IMG/VR virus record: IMGVR_UViG_3300031718_000001
Span: 1 to 64,000 of that record
From: a virus
Length of the DNA: 64,000 nucleotides
Direction: 5' to 3' (one strand)
Shown here: in pieces, positions 1 to 9,700 of the stretch
How positions within the stretch are numbered: the stretch's first letter is position 1
How the letters are laid out: each line of letters starts with the position of its first letter
Translations under genes and position numbers: made by a program
The notes under the pieces: generated by a model
Databases searched by the model: none
What the model saw: the letters and a program-made list of their open reading frames with translations, nothing else
Told to the model about the DNA's origin: nothing

Positions 1-631
1 GCCCCGGCGGCCGGACGGCTGGTTCCACGCCTCCCAGCACCCGATGGCGACAACCAAAGAGCTGTACCAGTGGATCGCCGGGCGCCAGCTCCCCGAGGAG
101 ATGGGATACGTCAGCCTCATGTCGGTGATGTTCGGTTCGTTGGCCCATGCCGTGTTCGAGGCGTTCCTCGACTGGACGGGAGTGGCCGTCCCGCTGCCGG
201 CCGCTGCGTGCCCGGCCTGCGGGCGCCCGCGCCGGCCGCTGCGTGCCCGGCCGAGCAACAAGTACTGCACCGAGCACGGGGCAATCGACGAGCGGACCCG
301 CTCGCGCTGCCACCTGGACAGCATCGTGGACTTCGGCGATGGCATGACCGGGTTCGACTTCAAGACCATCTGGCCGCTCGGGCTCCGCGGCGTCAAGGAC
401 ATGGACGAGGCATCGTTCAGGGAGAAGTGGCCGCACTACTGGGCGCAGATGCAGGAGTGCATGCGGATCACGGGCCTGCGCCGGTACATCGTGTTCTTCC
501 TGACCATGGGAAACCCGTGGGACACCAGGGAGTACCACTTCAGTTTCGACCCGGCGTTCGCGGCGGCCACCGAGAAGAAGTACCTCGACGTGATCTCCTG
601 CTGGGAGCGCGGGGCGGAGATCATCGCGTGA
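1..631 (+). CDS. PD-(D/E)XK / Cas4-like exonuclease (5' truncated by window edge)
   Basis: FGSLAH ... HLDSIV ... FDFKT ... YWAQMQECM pattern of RecB/Cas4-like nucleases, with an inserted CxxC...C/H zinc module. Confidence 0.7.
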   Translation, partial: PRRPDGWFHASQHPMATTKELYQWIAGRQLPEEMGYVSLMSVMFGSLAHAVFEAFLDWTGVAVPLPAAACPACGRPRRPLRARPSNKYCTEHGAIDERTRSRCHLDSIVDFGDGMTGFDFKTIWPLGLRGVKDMDEASFREKWPHYWAQMQECMRITGLRRYIVFFLTMGNPWDTREYHFSFDPAFAAATEKKYLDVISCWERGAEIIA

Positions 632-1233
632 CGGTCATCGACGATGCCCGCTCCCGGCTCCAGGGGCGTAAGCAGCCGGCTAAGGGAGATCCCTGGCACT
701 TCCCGCTCCTGGACGACTTCGCCCAGGGCATCCAGGTGCTCGCTTTCGATGCCACGCTGTCGCACACCGGCTGGATCCTGTTCGAGGTCACCCCGGCCCG
801 GATCCTCGTCAGGTATGCGGGGATCATCAACCCGCTCACCGACCTGACCGGTTACCGGGCCACCTGGGATAAGGCCCGGCACCTCAAGGCCGGCCTTGAC
901 TCGGTGATCCTCCAGCACGGCGGGGGGAGCGTGCACCGCGTGGTCGAGGCCCCGTCAGTCGGCGGCGGCAGCCGCACCGAGTCCAGCCTGATCGCCGGCA
1001 TGCTCGTCTGGCTCGACTGGCCGCGGGCCTGCCACGACATATCGGCCACCCACGTGTCCGCGGTCCTGCTCGGCGACGCCAGGGTGCGCAGCGCCGAGCG
1101 CAAGGTCGCCATCCGCGAGGCCGTGATCCGGCTGTGCCCGGAGGCCACGGGGAGGCGCTGGAACGAGCATATCCGCGACGCCCTGGCGACCGGCCTGACC
1201 TACCTGCACGATCTCAAGAGGGGGACCAAGTGA
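628..1233 (+). CDS. RuvC-like Holliday junction resolvase
   Basis: VLAFDATLSHTGW, VVE and NEHIRDAL acidic motifs; GTGA overlap with the upstream stop (start 628 rather than 70). Confidence 0.7.
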   Translation: MTVIDDARSRLQGRKQPAKGDPWHFPLLDDFAQGIQVLAFDATLSHTGWILFEVTPARILVRYAGIINPLTDLTGYRATWDKARHLKAGLDSVILQHGGGSVHRVVEAPSVGGGSRTESSLIAGMLVWLDWPRACHDISATHVSAVLLGDARVRSAERKVAIREAVIRLCPEATGRRWNEHIRDALATGLTYLHDLKRGTK

Positions 1234-1940
1234 GCGATGACCAGCATGTCCAGCAGAAGCAGCTAGAGCGCGTCCTGGCCAGCTCTGAAGAGCCGGCTGA
1301 CGTGACCCAGGAACGCGGGATGGAGGTGAGCCTCCCGCCGGACAGGACCCGCCAGTTCACCCACACCAGCTTCTCCCGGATGCGCACCACCTGGGCCGGC
1401 GACGACGCCGTTCGCATCGGCGAGATCACCGCGGTGACCAACGAGATCATCCAGGAGCAGTTCAGGGTCGCCTTCGCGATCGTCGAGCGGATCCACCGGC
1501 ATGTCCGGACCCCGAGGCTCGACACTGATACCGGCGAGCTGCTGCACTACCCGGACAACACCCCGATGTGGGAGCTGGACGAGCTGGGCGCTCCCGTCGA
1601 GAACTGGGGCCTGCTCGGCGACCGGGACCGGGAGACCCTGCTCGGGACGATCAACCTGTTCCTCTTCGAGTGGGAACTGCTCGCGGTAGACCGGTGGGCC
1701 GAGGCCATGTACTCGAAGGTCCAGTGGGAGGAACGGTTCGCGAAGGGGTTCACCGCGCTGCCGGGAATGCAGATCACCGGGAAGCCGACCATTGATGACC
1801 GGACCCACTGGGGGCACCTGCACTCAGCCGACGAGCGCTACTTCGCGGTCTTCCAGTCGGTGCTCAGCCGCAAGGCCGACGCCATCATCCGGTCCATGAT
1901 CCGGCTCCAGCGCCTGCTAGAGGGCACGACGATCCGGTAA
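1230..1940 (+). CDS. hypothetical phage protein
   Basis: GTGA overlap with the previous gene, GC3-rich codon usage. Confidence 0.7.
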   Translation: MSDDQHVQQKQLERVLASSEEPADVTQERGMEVSLPPDRTRQFTHTSFSRMRTTWAGDDAVRIGEITAVTNEIIQEQFRVAFAIVERIHRHVRTPRLDTDTGELLHYPDNTPMWELDELGAPVENWGLLGDRDRETLLGTINLFLFEWELLAVDRWAEAMYSKVQWEERFAKGFTALPGMQITGKPTIDDRTHWGHLHSADERYFAVFQSVLSRKADAIIRSMIRLQRLLEGTTIR

Positions 1941-1955
1941 ATACAGCTTATCTTG

Positions 1956-1999
1956 ATAAGGCCGGGGCAATTGCCCCGGCCTTATGTATTCTTTCTTCT
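1956..1999 (+). terminator. perfect 30-bp palindrome followed by a T-rich tract; likely intrinsic terminator
   Basis: ATAAGGCCGGGGCAA|TTGCCCCGGCCTTAT (1956-1985), then GTATTCTTTCTTCT. Confidence 0.65.
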
Positions 2000-2475
2000 T
2001 CCATGCTCTATCATCGCGCCAAGAACAAATTCGCCCCGGAAATAAATCGGCGGCTGTCTCCTGGGGGTGCGAAATAGATCACCGCGTGCTAAGAGAGCTA
2101 TTCCGGCATCTTCAGGAATTTGAGGTCCTGTTCCTGACAGAAGGAATAGACAGCCTGACTGGCCCAGACGGAACGATTTACTCACTCTTCGATCTGAGGC
2201 ATCTCTACGACATACGGGACGAACTTCTCTCGCCGCAGCGGGCGCGGGCGATCGAGTACTTCCTCTACCGCGACATGCGCGAGCAGGACGCGGCGGCGGC
2301 CATGGGCCTGTCCAGGGAGACGCCGGTTGCCATCTACGCCACCCAGGGGCTCAAGCAGCTCGCTCAGGCGTGGTCGGAGGGGATCTTGTGGAGGAGGGCA
2401 GAGAATGACGTACCAGGGAGCGCAGATGAGGCTCCGCAACGGGACTTGCAGGGAGCTGGAAGCCCTGGCGGATGA
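1984..2475 (+). CDS. sigma70 region-4-like HTH DNA-binding protein (start uncertain, possibly GTG 2086)
   Basis: LSPQRARAIEYFLYRDMREQDAAAAMGLSRETPVAIY resembles sigma region 4. Confidence 0.6.
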   Translation: MYSFFFHALSSRQEQIRPGNKSAAVSWGCEIDHRVLRELFRHLQEFEVLFLTEGIDSLTGPDGTIYSLFDLRHLYDIRDELLSPQRARAIEYFLYRDMREQDAAAAMGLSRETPVAIYATQGLKQLAQAWSEGILWRRAENDVPGSADEAPQRDLQGAGSPGG

Positions 2476-2743
2476 GCTGATCCGGCTGCAACTGGTCGGC
2501 GTCACATCGCGCAAGGACAAGGCGGACATCCTGACGCCCTGGAAACAGCAGGATCGCTGGGACCACGAGGTCTACCCGGCCAGCGGCACCGCGGACCCGG
2601 CCGTGCGCCGGGGCATGTTCGGCCGGACCTGGAACGGCAAGTACCCGCACCTCAACTCGCGGGACGGTCATTACCCCGTCCGGCGTGCCCAGGACGGCCT
2701 GGACACCTACACCGGGGATGACGGCTACGACGGCGATGAGTAG
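2405..2743 (+). CDS. hypothetical protein
   Basis: SD GGAGGG before ATG 2405; codon bias. Confidence 0.6.
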   Translation: MTYQGAQMRLRNGTCRELEALADELIRLQLVGVTSRKDKADILTPWKQQDRWDHEVYPASGTADPAVRRGMFGRTWNGKYPHLNSRDGHYPVRRAQDGLDTYTGDDGYDGDE

Positions 2744-3341
2744 CGAGCCCGCCACCCGCCGGGTGCTCATCGGCGGGGTGGCCTTCGACAAGCCGTGGGA
2801 CCAGAGCTGCGCTGCCTGCCGGTCACCGTGGCTGGCGCACATCGACTCGGCCCTGGCCGAAGGCTACTCGCTGCGCCAGATCGGCAAGCTGCTGGCCGGC
2901 CGCCGCCCGGCCGTGCCCAACGAGACGGTGCTGCGGGCGCACATCCAGCACCTGGCCGGCCCGCACCTGAAGGCCCGCCTGGCGTTCGAGGAGGCGGCCC
3001 AGTCCCGCGGCGACGATACCAGCTCGACCTCGGCCCGGATGGAGGACGCCCTCGCGGCGATCATCCGCGAGGGCACCGAGCGCCTGGTGCACGGCGAGCT
3101 GGACGTGGGCGCCCGGGAAATGATCGCCGCGATGCGGCTGACCGCGCAGATAGAGCGCTCCCGGGAGGGCGAAGGCGTGGAGGCCTCTGCGTGGCAGGCA
3201 GCCTTCATGGAGTTCTTCGAGATCGTCCGCAAGCACCTGGGCCACGCCCAGTGGAAGGCGTTCGTCACCGACGTGTACGCCAGCCCGGCCATCCGGGCCG
3301 TGCTCGCTGAACCCCAGGAACTGACCGGAGGCCCCAGGTGA
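2736..3341 (+). CDS. hypothetical protein, CxxC plus HTH-like; possible small terminase subunit
   Basis: CAAC motif, helical HTH-like segment, position upstream of TerL. Confidence 0.45.
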   Translation: MSSEPATRRVLIGGVAFDKPWDQSCAACRSPWLAHIDSALAEGYSLRQIGKLLAGRRPAVPNETVLRAHIQHLAGPHLKARLAFEEAAQSRGDDTSSTSARMEDALAAIIREGTERLVHGELDVGAREMIAAMRLTAQIERSREGEGVEASAWQAAFMEFFEIVRKHLGHAQWKAFVTDVYASPAIRAVLAEPQELTGGPR

Positions 3342-3754
3342 GCAACATCCTCGACCTGTACGACCACGAAGTGAAGCAGGTCACCGAGCTGCTGGCGGAG
3401 CTGAACGATCGGGTCAGCCGCCGGCGCGTCAACTACGGCGACTTCGAGCGCGAGGTCCGGGACCGGTTCGCGCGCCTCGGCTTCCTGGTGGACGTGAACT
3501 GGTACCGGTTCTCGGTCGATGGCGCCGAGCAGGAAGACGCCGCGATGCCGGAGATCACGATCACCGGCCGCACCGACGACAAGTTCCGGTTCGACCCCGA
3601 CCGCCAGGTCCACGAGGCGGTGCACAACGTCCTCGACCTGCCCGGCGAAGAGGGATGGATCAAGACGGACCCGGAAACAGTGAGGAGGTTCCTCGACGGG
3701 AACGGAGGACACGGCCATGGACACGAGCACGGAGAAGGTCACCGTCACGGCTGA
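3338..3754 (+). CDS. hypothetical phage protein with His-rich C-terminus
   Basis: GTGA overlap, codon bias. Confidence 0.65.
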   Translation: MSNILDLYDHEVKQVTELLAELNDRVSRRRVNYGDFEREVRDRFARLGFLVDVNWYRFSVDGAEQEDAAMPEITITGRTDDKFRFDPDRQVHEAVHNVLDLPGEEGWIKTDPETVRRFLDGNGGHGHGHEHGEGHRHG

Positions 3755-3755
3755 G

Positions 3756-4196
3756 ATGCACCAGGTGGCGCCTTACCCGTACATCCTGCGGGACCTGGTG
3801 GACGTGCTGGAGTACCGGCAGCATCTCGGCTGGCGCGTGTGGCTGGAGAACGACTACCAGCGGGACAAGCCCGGCCGCCATGCCGGCGAGAGCCGGGGCC
3901 TGACGCTGATCGTCCAGCGGCACGGGCACGACACCTACGACCCGGGCACGAACGTCACGGTCAGCCACTGCTTCGCGGTTCCCCCGGCCACCTATGACGA
4001 GCGGTCGTGGCAGCGCTGGCTGTTCGACCGGCTGGGCGACGTGGACGTGCACGAGCGGATGGAGGATTTCGTGATCGGCGGTCACCGGCCTTACGCTCCC
4101 AGCCACGGGCCGGGAAACGACCCGTATATGGTCCGGGAGCTGGGCACCGAGGACGACCGGCGGACGCGGTTCACTGGCGAGCTGAGCCCGGAGTAG
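3756..4196 (+). CDS. hypothetical phage protein
   Basis: ORF fills the gap to TerL; HE.ME.F and PxHGPG motifs; codon bias. Confidence 0.6.
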   Translation: MHQVAPYPYILRDLVDVLEYRQHLGWRVWLENDYQRDKPGRHAGESRGLTLIVQRHGHDTYDPGTNVTVSHCFAVPPATYDERSWQRWLFDRLGDVDVHERMEDFVIGGHRPYAPSHGPGNDPYMVRELGTEDDRRTRFTGELSPE

Positions 4197-4199
4197 CCG

Positions 4200-6323
4200 G
4201 TGGCCATCAGCCGCTGGGAGACCCCGGATACGGCACAGGCCGGGCCGCTGGACGTGATGGCCTGGTTCGACGGGCCGCCGGTTCCCGACCCGATCACTTT
4301 CATGATCGGCGAGGACTGGCTGGACAAGCCGAACCTGTACCCGCGCCAGGCCACGCTGATCAAGATCATCTTCCTGCGGGATGACCTGTTCACGGAGTAC
4401 GACCGCCGGGTCATCGCCGAGTGGCAGCAGCGGTTCACCGAGACCAACCCGGACGCCGTGGACAATAAGTTCGACGCGCGGACGAAAGGCCTCCAGCCGG
4501 ACCTGTTCGAGCGGATCGCCTATCTCAAGGCGCGCGGCTACCGGTGGTTTCCCGAGCTGATCATCGCGATCGGCCGCCGCGGGTCCAAGGGCTACCTGTC
4601 CGCGCTGTGCATGGCCTACGTGCTGTGGAACTACCTGTCCAAGGGCAACCCGCAGGAGTACTACGGCATCGACTCGAACAAGCCGCTGGCCTGCGCGGTG
4701 TTCGCCGGCAAGAAGCAGCAGGCGATCGAGAACCTGTGGGGCGACCTGTACAGCGTGCTGACCACGGCGCCGTGCTTCACCGGCTACATCAGCGAGGCCC
4801 AGGTCGAGTCGCTGACCATCTACGCGCCGTACGACTTCGTGCGGATGCACAAGCTGGCCCAGCGGGGCATCGCCTCCAGCAAGGACATGGCCACGTTCCG
4901 GGTGGTGCCCCGCGAGTCCACCCCCATCGCGCCCCGCGGGCCGGCCGGCTGCATCCTGGCCTTCGATGAGGCCGCGCACGTGAAAAACGCGGGCGTGACC
5001 CGCGAGTTCGGCATCGTGTACGGCGCGGCGAAGCCGTCCCTGGACCAGTTCGGCACCGACGGCTTCGTGGTGCTGCCCTCCAGCACCTGGGAGATGATCG
5101 GCAAGTTCTACGAGCTGTGGGAGCTGTCGCTCCAGCGCGAGCAGGACGGCGAGGACGGCGAGTACGTGCCGGCCTACCCGGACAAGTTCATGGTCCAGCT
5201 CGAATCCTGGGCGATCTACGAGGACTGGGAACTGGCCCCGCTGCTGCCGCTGTTCCCCGGGGGGTTCACGGGCGACCTGGACGAGTACGACCCGGAGGCG
5301 CTCCCCCGGCTCGGCAAGCTGAAGGGCGCCATCCAGGCCTATGACGAGGGCATGGCCCGCGAGGAGAAGGCTAACCCGGACACCTTTGCCGTAGAGAGGA
5401 GATCAGACTGGGCGACCGCGATGGACGCCTACCTGAACGCAGCCAGGATCGACGCGATGTTCGAGCCGTGGACTGACCGCCTGCCGGAGAACGGGCGCCC
5501 CGAGCTGGTCATGCAGACCCGCGGCCCGCTGTCGGTCACCTACACCGCGCACGGCGACCCCTCGTCGGTGAACTGCCGGTTCGGCCTGGCGGTCGCGCAC
5601 ACCGAGCACGACGACGCGGGCCTGGAGCATGCGGTCTTCGACCTGATCCACTTCTGGGATCCGGCCGACTTCGAGGATCACACCATCGACTATGACGAGG
5701 TGCGGGACTGGATCTTCGACAACGTGATCATCCGGTTCATGCCGGATGAGATGACCTTCGACCAGTTCAACTCGGTCGCCAGCGTCCAGGCCCTCCAGAA
5801 GAAGGTGCGCGGCGAGCGGCTGCCCAAGAACATCGTGGTCTACGAGCGCACCGCTACCGCCCCGCTGAACTGGATGACCTGGGAGATGTTCAAGGCGGCG
5901 CTGAACATGGGGTTCGTGCACAGCCCGGCGCATGCCGAGGCCAAGGACGAGCTGCGGTTCGTGCAGAAGCCCGAGGGCGTCCAGAAGGTCGTGCCGGCCT
6001 CGACCGGCCCGGTGCAGACCAAGGACATCGCCGACTGCATCGCGATCGTGACCGCCCGGCTGCTCGGCGAGCAGATGAAGGCCTACCTGGCCAAGGACCT
6101 GAAGAACCAGCGCCCGCACGTGTCGCAGTTCGGCGGCCAGGACGCGCTCGACCGGTTCAGCCCCGAGCACATGAACCCGTACGCCGCCTCGCTGGGCGTC
6201 CCGTCCGGTATCCGCGGCGGCCTGGCGCGGGGCATGAGGCCGGCCCCGGTGGGCAGGGGAGGCAGGACCGGCGGCGGCCGTCTGGGCATGAGCCCGCTCG
6301 GCGCTCGCCGTCACCGCTCGTGA
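4200..6323 (+). CDS. terL: terminase large subunit
   Basis: Walker A IGRRGSKG, Walker B LAFDEAAH, C-terminal RNase H-like acidic motifs HGDPS, TFDQFNS, KDIAD. Confidence 0.9.
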   Translation: MAISRWETPDTAQAGPLDVMAWFDGPPVPDPITFMIGEDWLDKPNLYPRQATLIKIIFLRDDLFTEYDRRVIAEWQQRFTETNPDAVDNKFDARTKGLQPDLFERIAYLKARGYRWFPELIIAIGRRGSKGYLSALCMAYVLWNYLSKGNPQEYYGIDSNKPLACAVFAGKKQQAIENLWGDLYSVLTTAPCFTGYISEAQVESLTIYAPYDFVRMHKLAQRGIASSKDMATFRVVPRESTPIAPRGPAGCILAFDEAAHVKNAGVTREFGIVYGAAKPSLDQFGTDGFVVLPSSTWEMIGKFYELWELSLQREQDGEDGEYVPAYPDKFMVQLESWAIYEDWELAPLLPLFPGGFTGDLDEYDPEALPRLGKLKGAIQAYDEGMAREEKANPDTFAVERRSDWATAMDAYLNAARIDAMFEPWTDRLPENGRPELVMQTRGPLSVTYTAHGDPSSVNCRFGLAVAHTEHDDAGLEHAVFDLIHFWDPADFEDHTIDYDEVRDWIFDNVIIRFMPDEMTFDQFNSVASVQALQKKVRGERLPKNIVVYERTATAPLNWMTWEMFKAALNMGFVHSPAHAEAKDELRFVQKPEGVQKVVPASTGPVQTKDIADCIAIVTARLLGEQMKAYLAKDLKNQRPHVSQFGGQDALDRFSPEHMNPYAASLGVPSGIRGGLARGMRPAPVGRGGRTGGGRLGMSPLGARRHRS

Positions 6324-6399
6324 GCACTGCTGACCGCGAAACTACTGACCAGTTAGCATTACAAGGTAAGTTGCCACACACAACCCGACAGGGAGCGTC

Positions 6400-6639
6400 A
6401 TGACTCACACGGGACGGCCCGCCCCCGGGAACAGGATGGGCGAGCGGCCCGCGGCGAACAGCCGGGCGGGCTGCGCGAACTGCCGTCACCCCAAGGCACT
6501 GCACTCGAACGGGACGACTGAGTGCAAGGCCTTCGCCTGCACAGCCGGTCCTGATGGCATCGCATGCCAGGGCTTCGTGACTGCCGGGGAGCTGGCTGCT
6601 GCTGCCGAGCCAGCCGGCACGGAGTGCCTGGCCTCCTGA
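6400..6639 (+). CDS. small Cys/His-rich protein
   Basis: SD AGGGAG; CANCRHP..H...C...C...C zinc-binding pattern. Confidence 0.6.
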   Translation: MTHTGRPAPGNRMGERPAANSRAGCANCRHPKALHSNGTTECKAFACTAGPDGIACQGFVTAGELAAAAEPAGTECLAS

Positions 6640-6648
6640 CCCTCCACC

Positions 6649-6680
6649 AGGCGGGGGTGAGTGACCGCCCCCGCCTTTTT
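6649..6680 (+). terminator. intrinsic terminator
   Basis: AGGCGGGGG...CCCCCGCCT stem followed by a T run. Confidence 0.7.
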
Positions 6681-6708
6681 GCTGCCCCAGAAGGTGCAGG
6701 AGGCCTCC

Positions 6709-9700
6709 ATGCAGCGGCAGCAATCGCGCTCGTCAAATACAGGGATTATTGCTAACCTTGGTCCTATGGCGGACGACTTCCTCATGCATTTCGAGGCTGC
6801 CGGCGAGCCCGAGCAGCCATGGGCGTCTATCCGCACGGCCGGGCCGGATGAGTACGGCAAGTACGTCTACCCCGACTACCCGGCCAAGACCCCCGCCACC
6901 CTGGCGCGTTACTTCCGCAAGAACGAGCCGGACTACTACGCGGCCGTCCGCCAGCACGTCGAGGCGCACGGCGTGCAGGAGCCCGTGCTGCTCCGGTACC
7001 GGGACGGGGGCGGCCACCCGCTGAAGAAGCCGGTGGTGATGGGCGGTCATCACCGTGCTGCCGCGGCCTGGGAACTGGGCCAGTCGCTCCCGGTCGGCGA
7101 CTACGACAACCCCGAGCACTACGAGGCATCCAATACGGGCTTCGCCCAGCAGTGGTGGCGTGACCATTCCGCACTGAAGGAGCAGTACACCGACCCGCGC
7201 ACCCGGACAGCCGCAGTGCGGCCCGGCCGGGGCGAGAAGGCCTGCCTGTGCTGCAAGGGCAGCGGCTCGCACAATGACGGGTCCGAATGTGATCAGTGCG
7301 ACGAGTCCGGCTTGCTGCACAGCAACGAGGAGCAGCGCTACTGTCCTGGCCAGCCGCAGCCGAGGCGCCGCCGCTGGCGCGAGCCGGTCACCGGAAGCTT
7401 CGAGGATGCCGAGCCGGAGGCCAGGCAGGCACGGTTCGACCGGGCGCGGGAGTGGCTGGAGCGCAACACCGATGCTCACTCGGGAACCGTGGACATCCCT
7501 GCGCACTGGGGGCATCACGTAGATAACCAGACGATCCACCACATCCTGGATACGCACGGCTGGCCGCGTGACGAGTCCGACCGCGAGGACCACTGGAGCC
7601 ACATCGAGCCTGAGAACTTCCCGGTGCACCAGCCGATCCACCAGCATCAGGGCTTCGTCTGGCCTGGCGGGGTCGAGGACAAGATGATCGGGGCGATGGA
7701 GGATTCGCGTCCGTGGGACGACCAGCCAGCTAAGATCGTCCGGCACGAGGGGAACAGCTACCTGCTCGACGGCCATCACAAGCTCGCGGGTGCGCGGCTC
7801 CTCGGCCAGGACAGCATCGAGGCGCACGTCTTCGACACCAGCAAGCCGGAGACCTACCCGGAGCACTGCCGGGAGTGCCAGGACGAAGGCGTTGAGATGA
7901 CGAGGCGCCCGGAGACGGCGCACACCGCTGCCCGCCCCGGTTACCAGGGACAGCACCACCCGCTCTCCTGGAATGCGCCGATGCACGCAACTGAGGATGC
8001 GCCCGGGTTCTACGGCGATCCAGGGCGCCACACCTACGGCGAGGGCGCCGATGAGACGCTAGACCAGTTCCGGAAGGCCCGGGGGAACCCGGACCACCCG
8101 GTGCGCATCTACCGGACGATGCCGCTCCATGCCGGGGGCACGATCAACACGGGCGACTGGGTATCGCTCGGCCGCGAGGCCCCCCTCGACCTGGCCGAGC
8201 AGCGCAACTACCACGACCCGGACTCGCTGTTCACCGATCCGCTGCCCGACCACAGCCGTTATCACACGTATGAGGCCACGGTGCCAGCCCGCCACGTCCG
8301 CAACGGCGGCGACATGATGGAGTGGGGCTACTGGGGCGATCCTGTCCAGGGCGAGCACTCACCGGGCTGCTGCGACCAGCACACGGCCGGGCTTGATGTT
8401 TCTGCGAGCGCCGGGGACGAACCTTCAAGTGACTATAAGGATCTTCTCGGTCACTTCGAGGCAGCCGACTCTTCTGTTTATCACGGTGTGCATATTCCAC
8501 CAGGCGGCCCGGAAGACGATCCCGAGTGGGCATCGCCGATGCACGACGTGCGCAATGCGATGCCGCGGGCTTACGCCGGCTGGGATGCTGAGTCCGGCCG
8601 TCAGCTACAGGCATCCGAGGGAAAGCCCGATCACCCGGTCACGGTATACCGGGCGCTGCCCGCTGACCGCCGGGAATTCAACACCGGGGACTGGGTGACC
8701 ACCTCGGGCGCCTATGCCCGCCAGCACGGCGAGAGCAACCTGCGCCACGCCCCGTGGCACGTGGTGAGGGCTGATGTCCCGGCCAGGCACCTGTTCAACG
8801 AGGGCTACATGACCGAGTGGGGCTACCAGGGACCGCACATCGCGAATCCTGCGGTCCACTACGTCGGCCATGATCACGACCGCAGGGAGGCTTCATTGGA
8901 AGCCGAAGCGTCCGGAGACGACTACCGGCTGACGCACGGTGCGCCAGGTCCGCAGTCCGGTCACCTGCCGCTGCACCACTACACGGGCGAGGACCCCGAC
9001 AGCCATGTGCGCGTCTACCGCTCGGCTCCGGCCGGAACCGAGTCCATTAACACGGGCGACTGGGTATCGCTCAACCCGGCCTATGCCCACCGGCACGGCT
9101 ACGGCGAGGCGAGGGACGGCGGGAACTGGCCCGTCTACACGGCTGAGGTCCCGCAGCGGCACGTGCACTGGGACGAGAACGACCCGGACGAGCACGGCTA
9201 CAACGGCCCGGCCCTCCATCACCCGGACGTGCATGACGAGGAGACCGGCGCGCTGCACGACTGGGACGACTACCACGAGGCGCATCCGCACGGCCAGGAG
9301 GCGTGGCTGGGCGGCTCGGTGCACCTGCCCGTTGCCGAGCACGACTTTGCCCACGACGAGTTCGAGTGGGAGCCCGACCGGGCCGACACGGTGCTCAGCG
9401 CGGCCCGCGAGCAGGGCGCGCTCCATAACGCCCGCTGGCGCGATGACATCTACCCGGCCCGTGAGGATGCCGAAGGCCACGCGGCCCAGCACCTCGGCGC
9501 GGTACCCGAGGGCCACCGGCTGACCGCGTTCACCGTGCACCGCAACGACGCCGGCGCGATCGACGACATCGGGCTCCATCATTACGAGCCGTCAGATGAC
9601 CCGTATGTGCGCCGCCCTTACGCCTTCGCCGATCTGAGTGAGCACAATTACAGCCACCCGGCGGTCGAGGAGGCCGGGCGCGGCCATCAGGCAGCCTACG

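Noticed and set aside
70-627. N-terminal extension of the RuvC-like ORF
   Set aside because: Arg/Gly-rich off-frame translation overlapping the nuclease gene; GTG 628 is the coupled start
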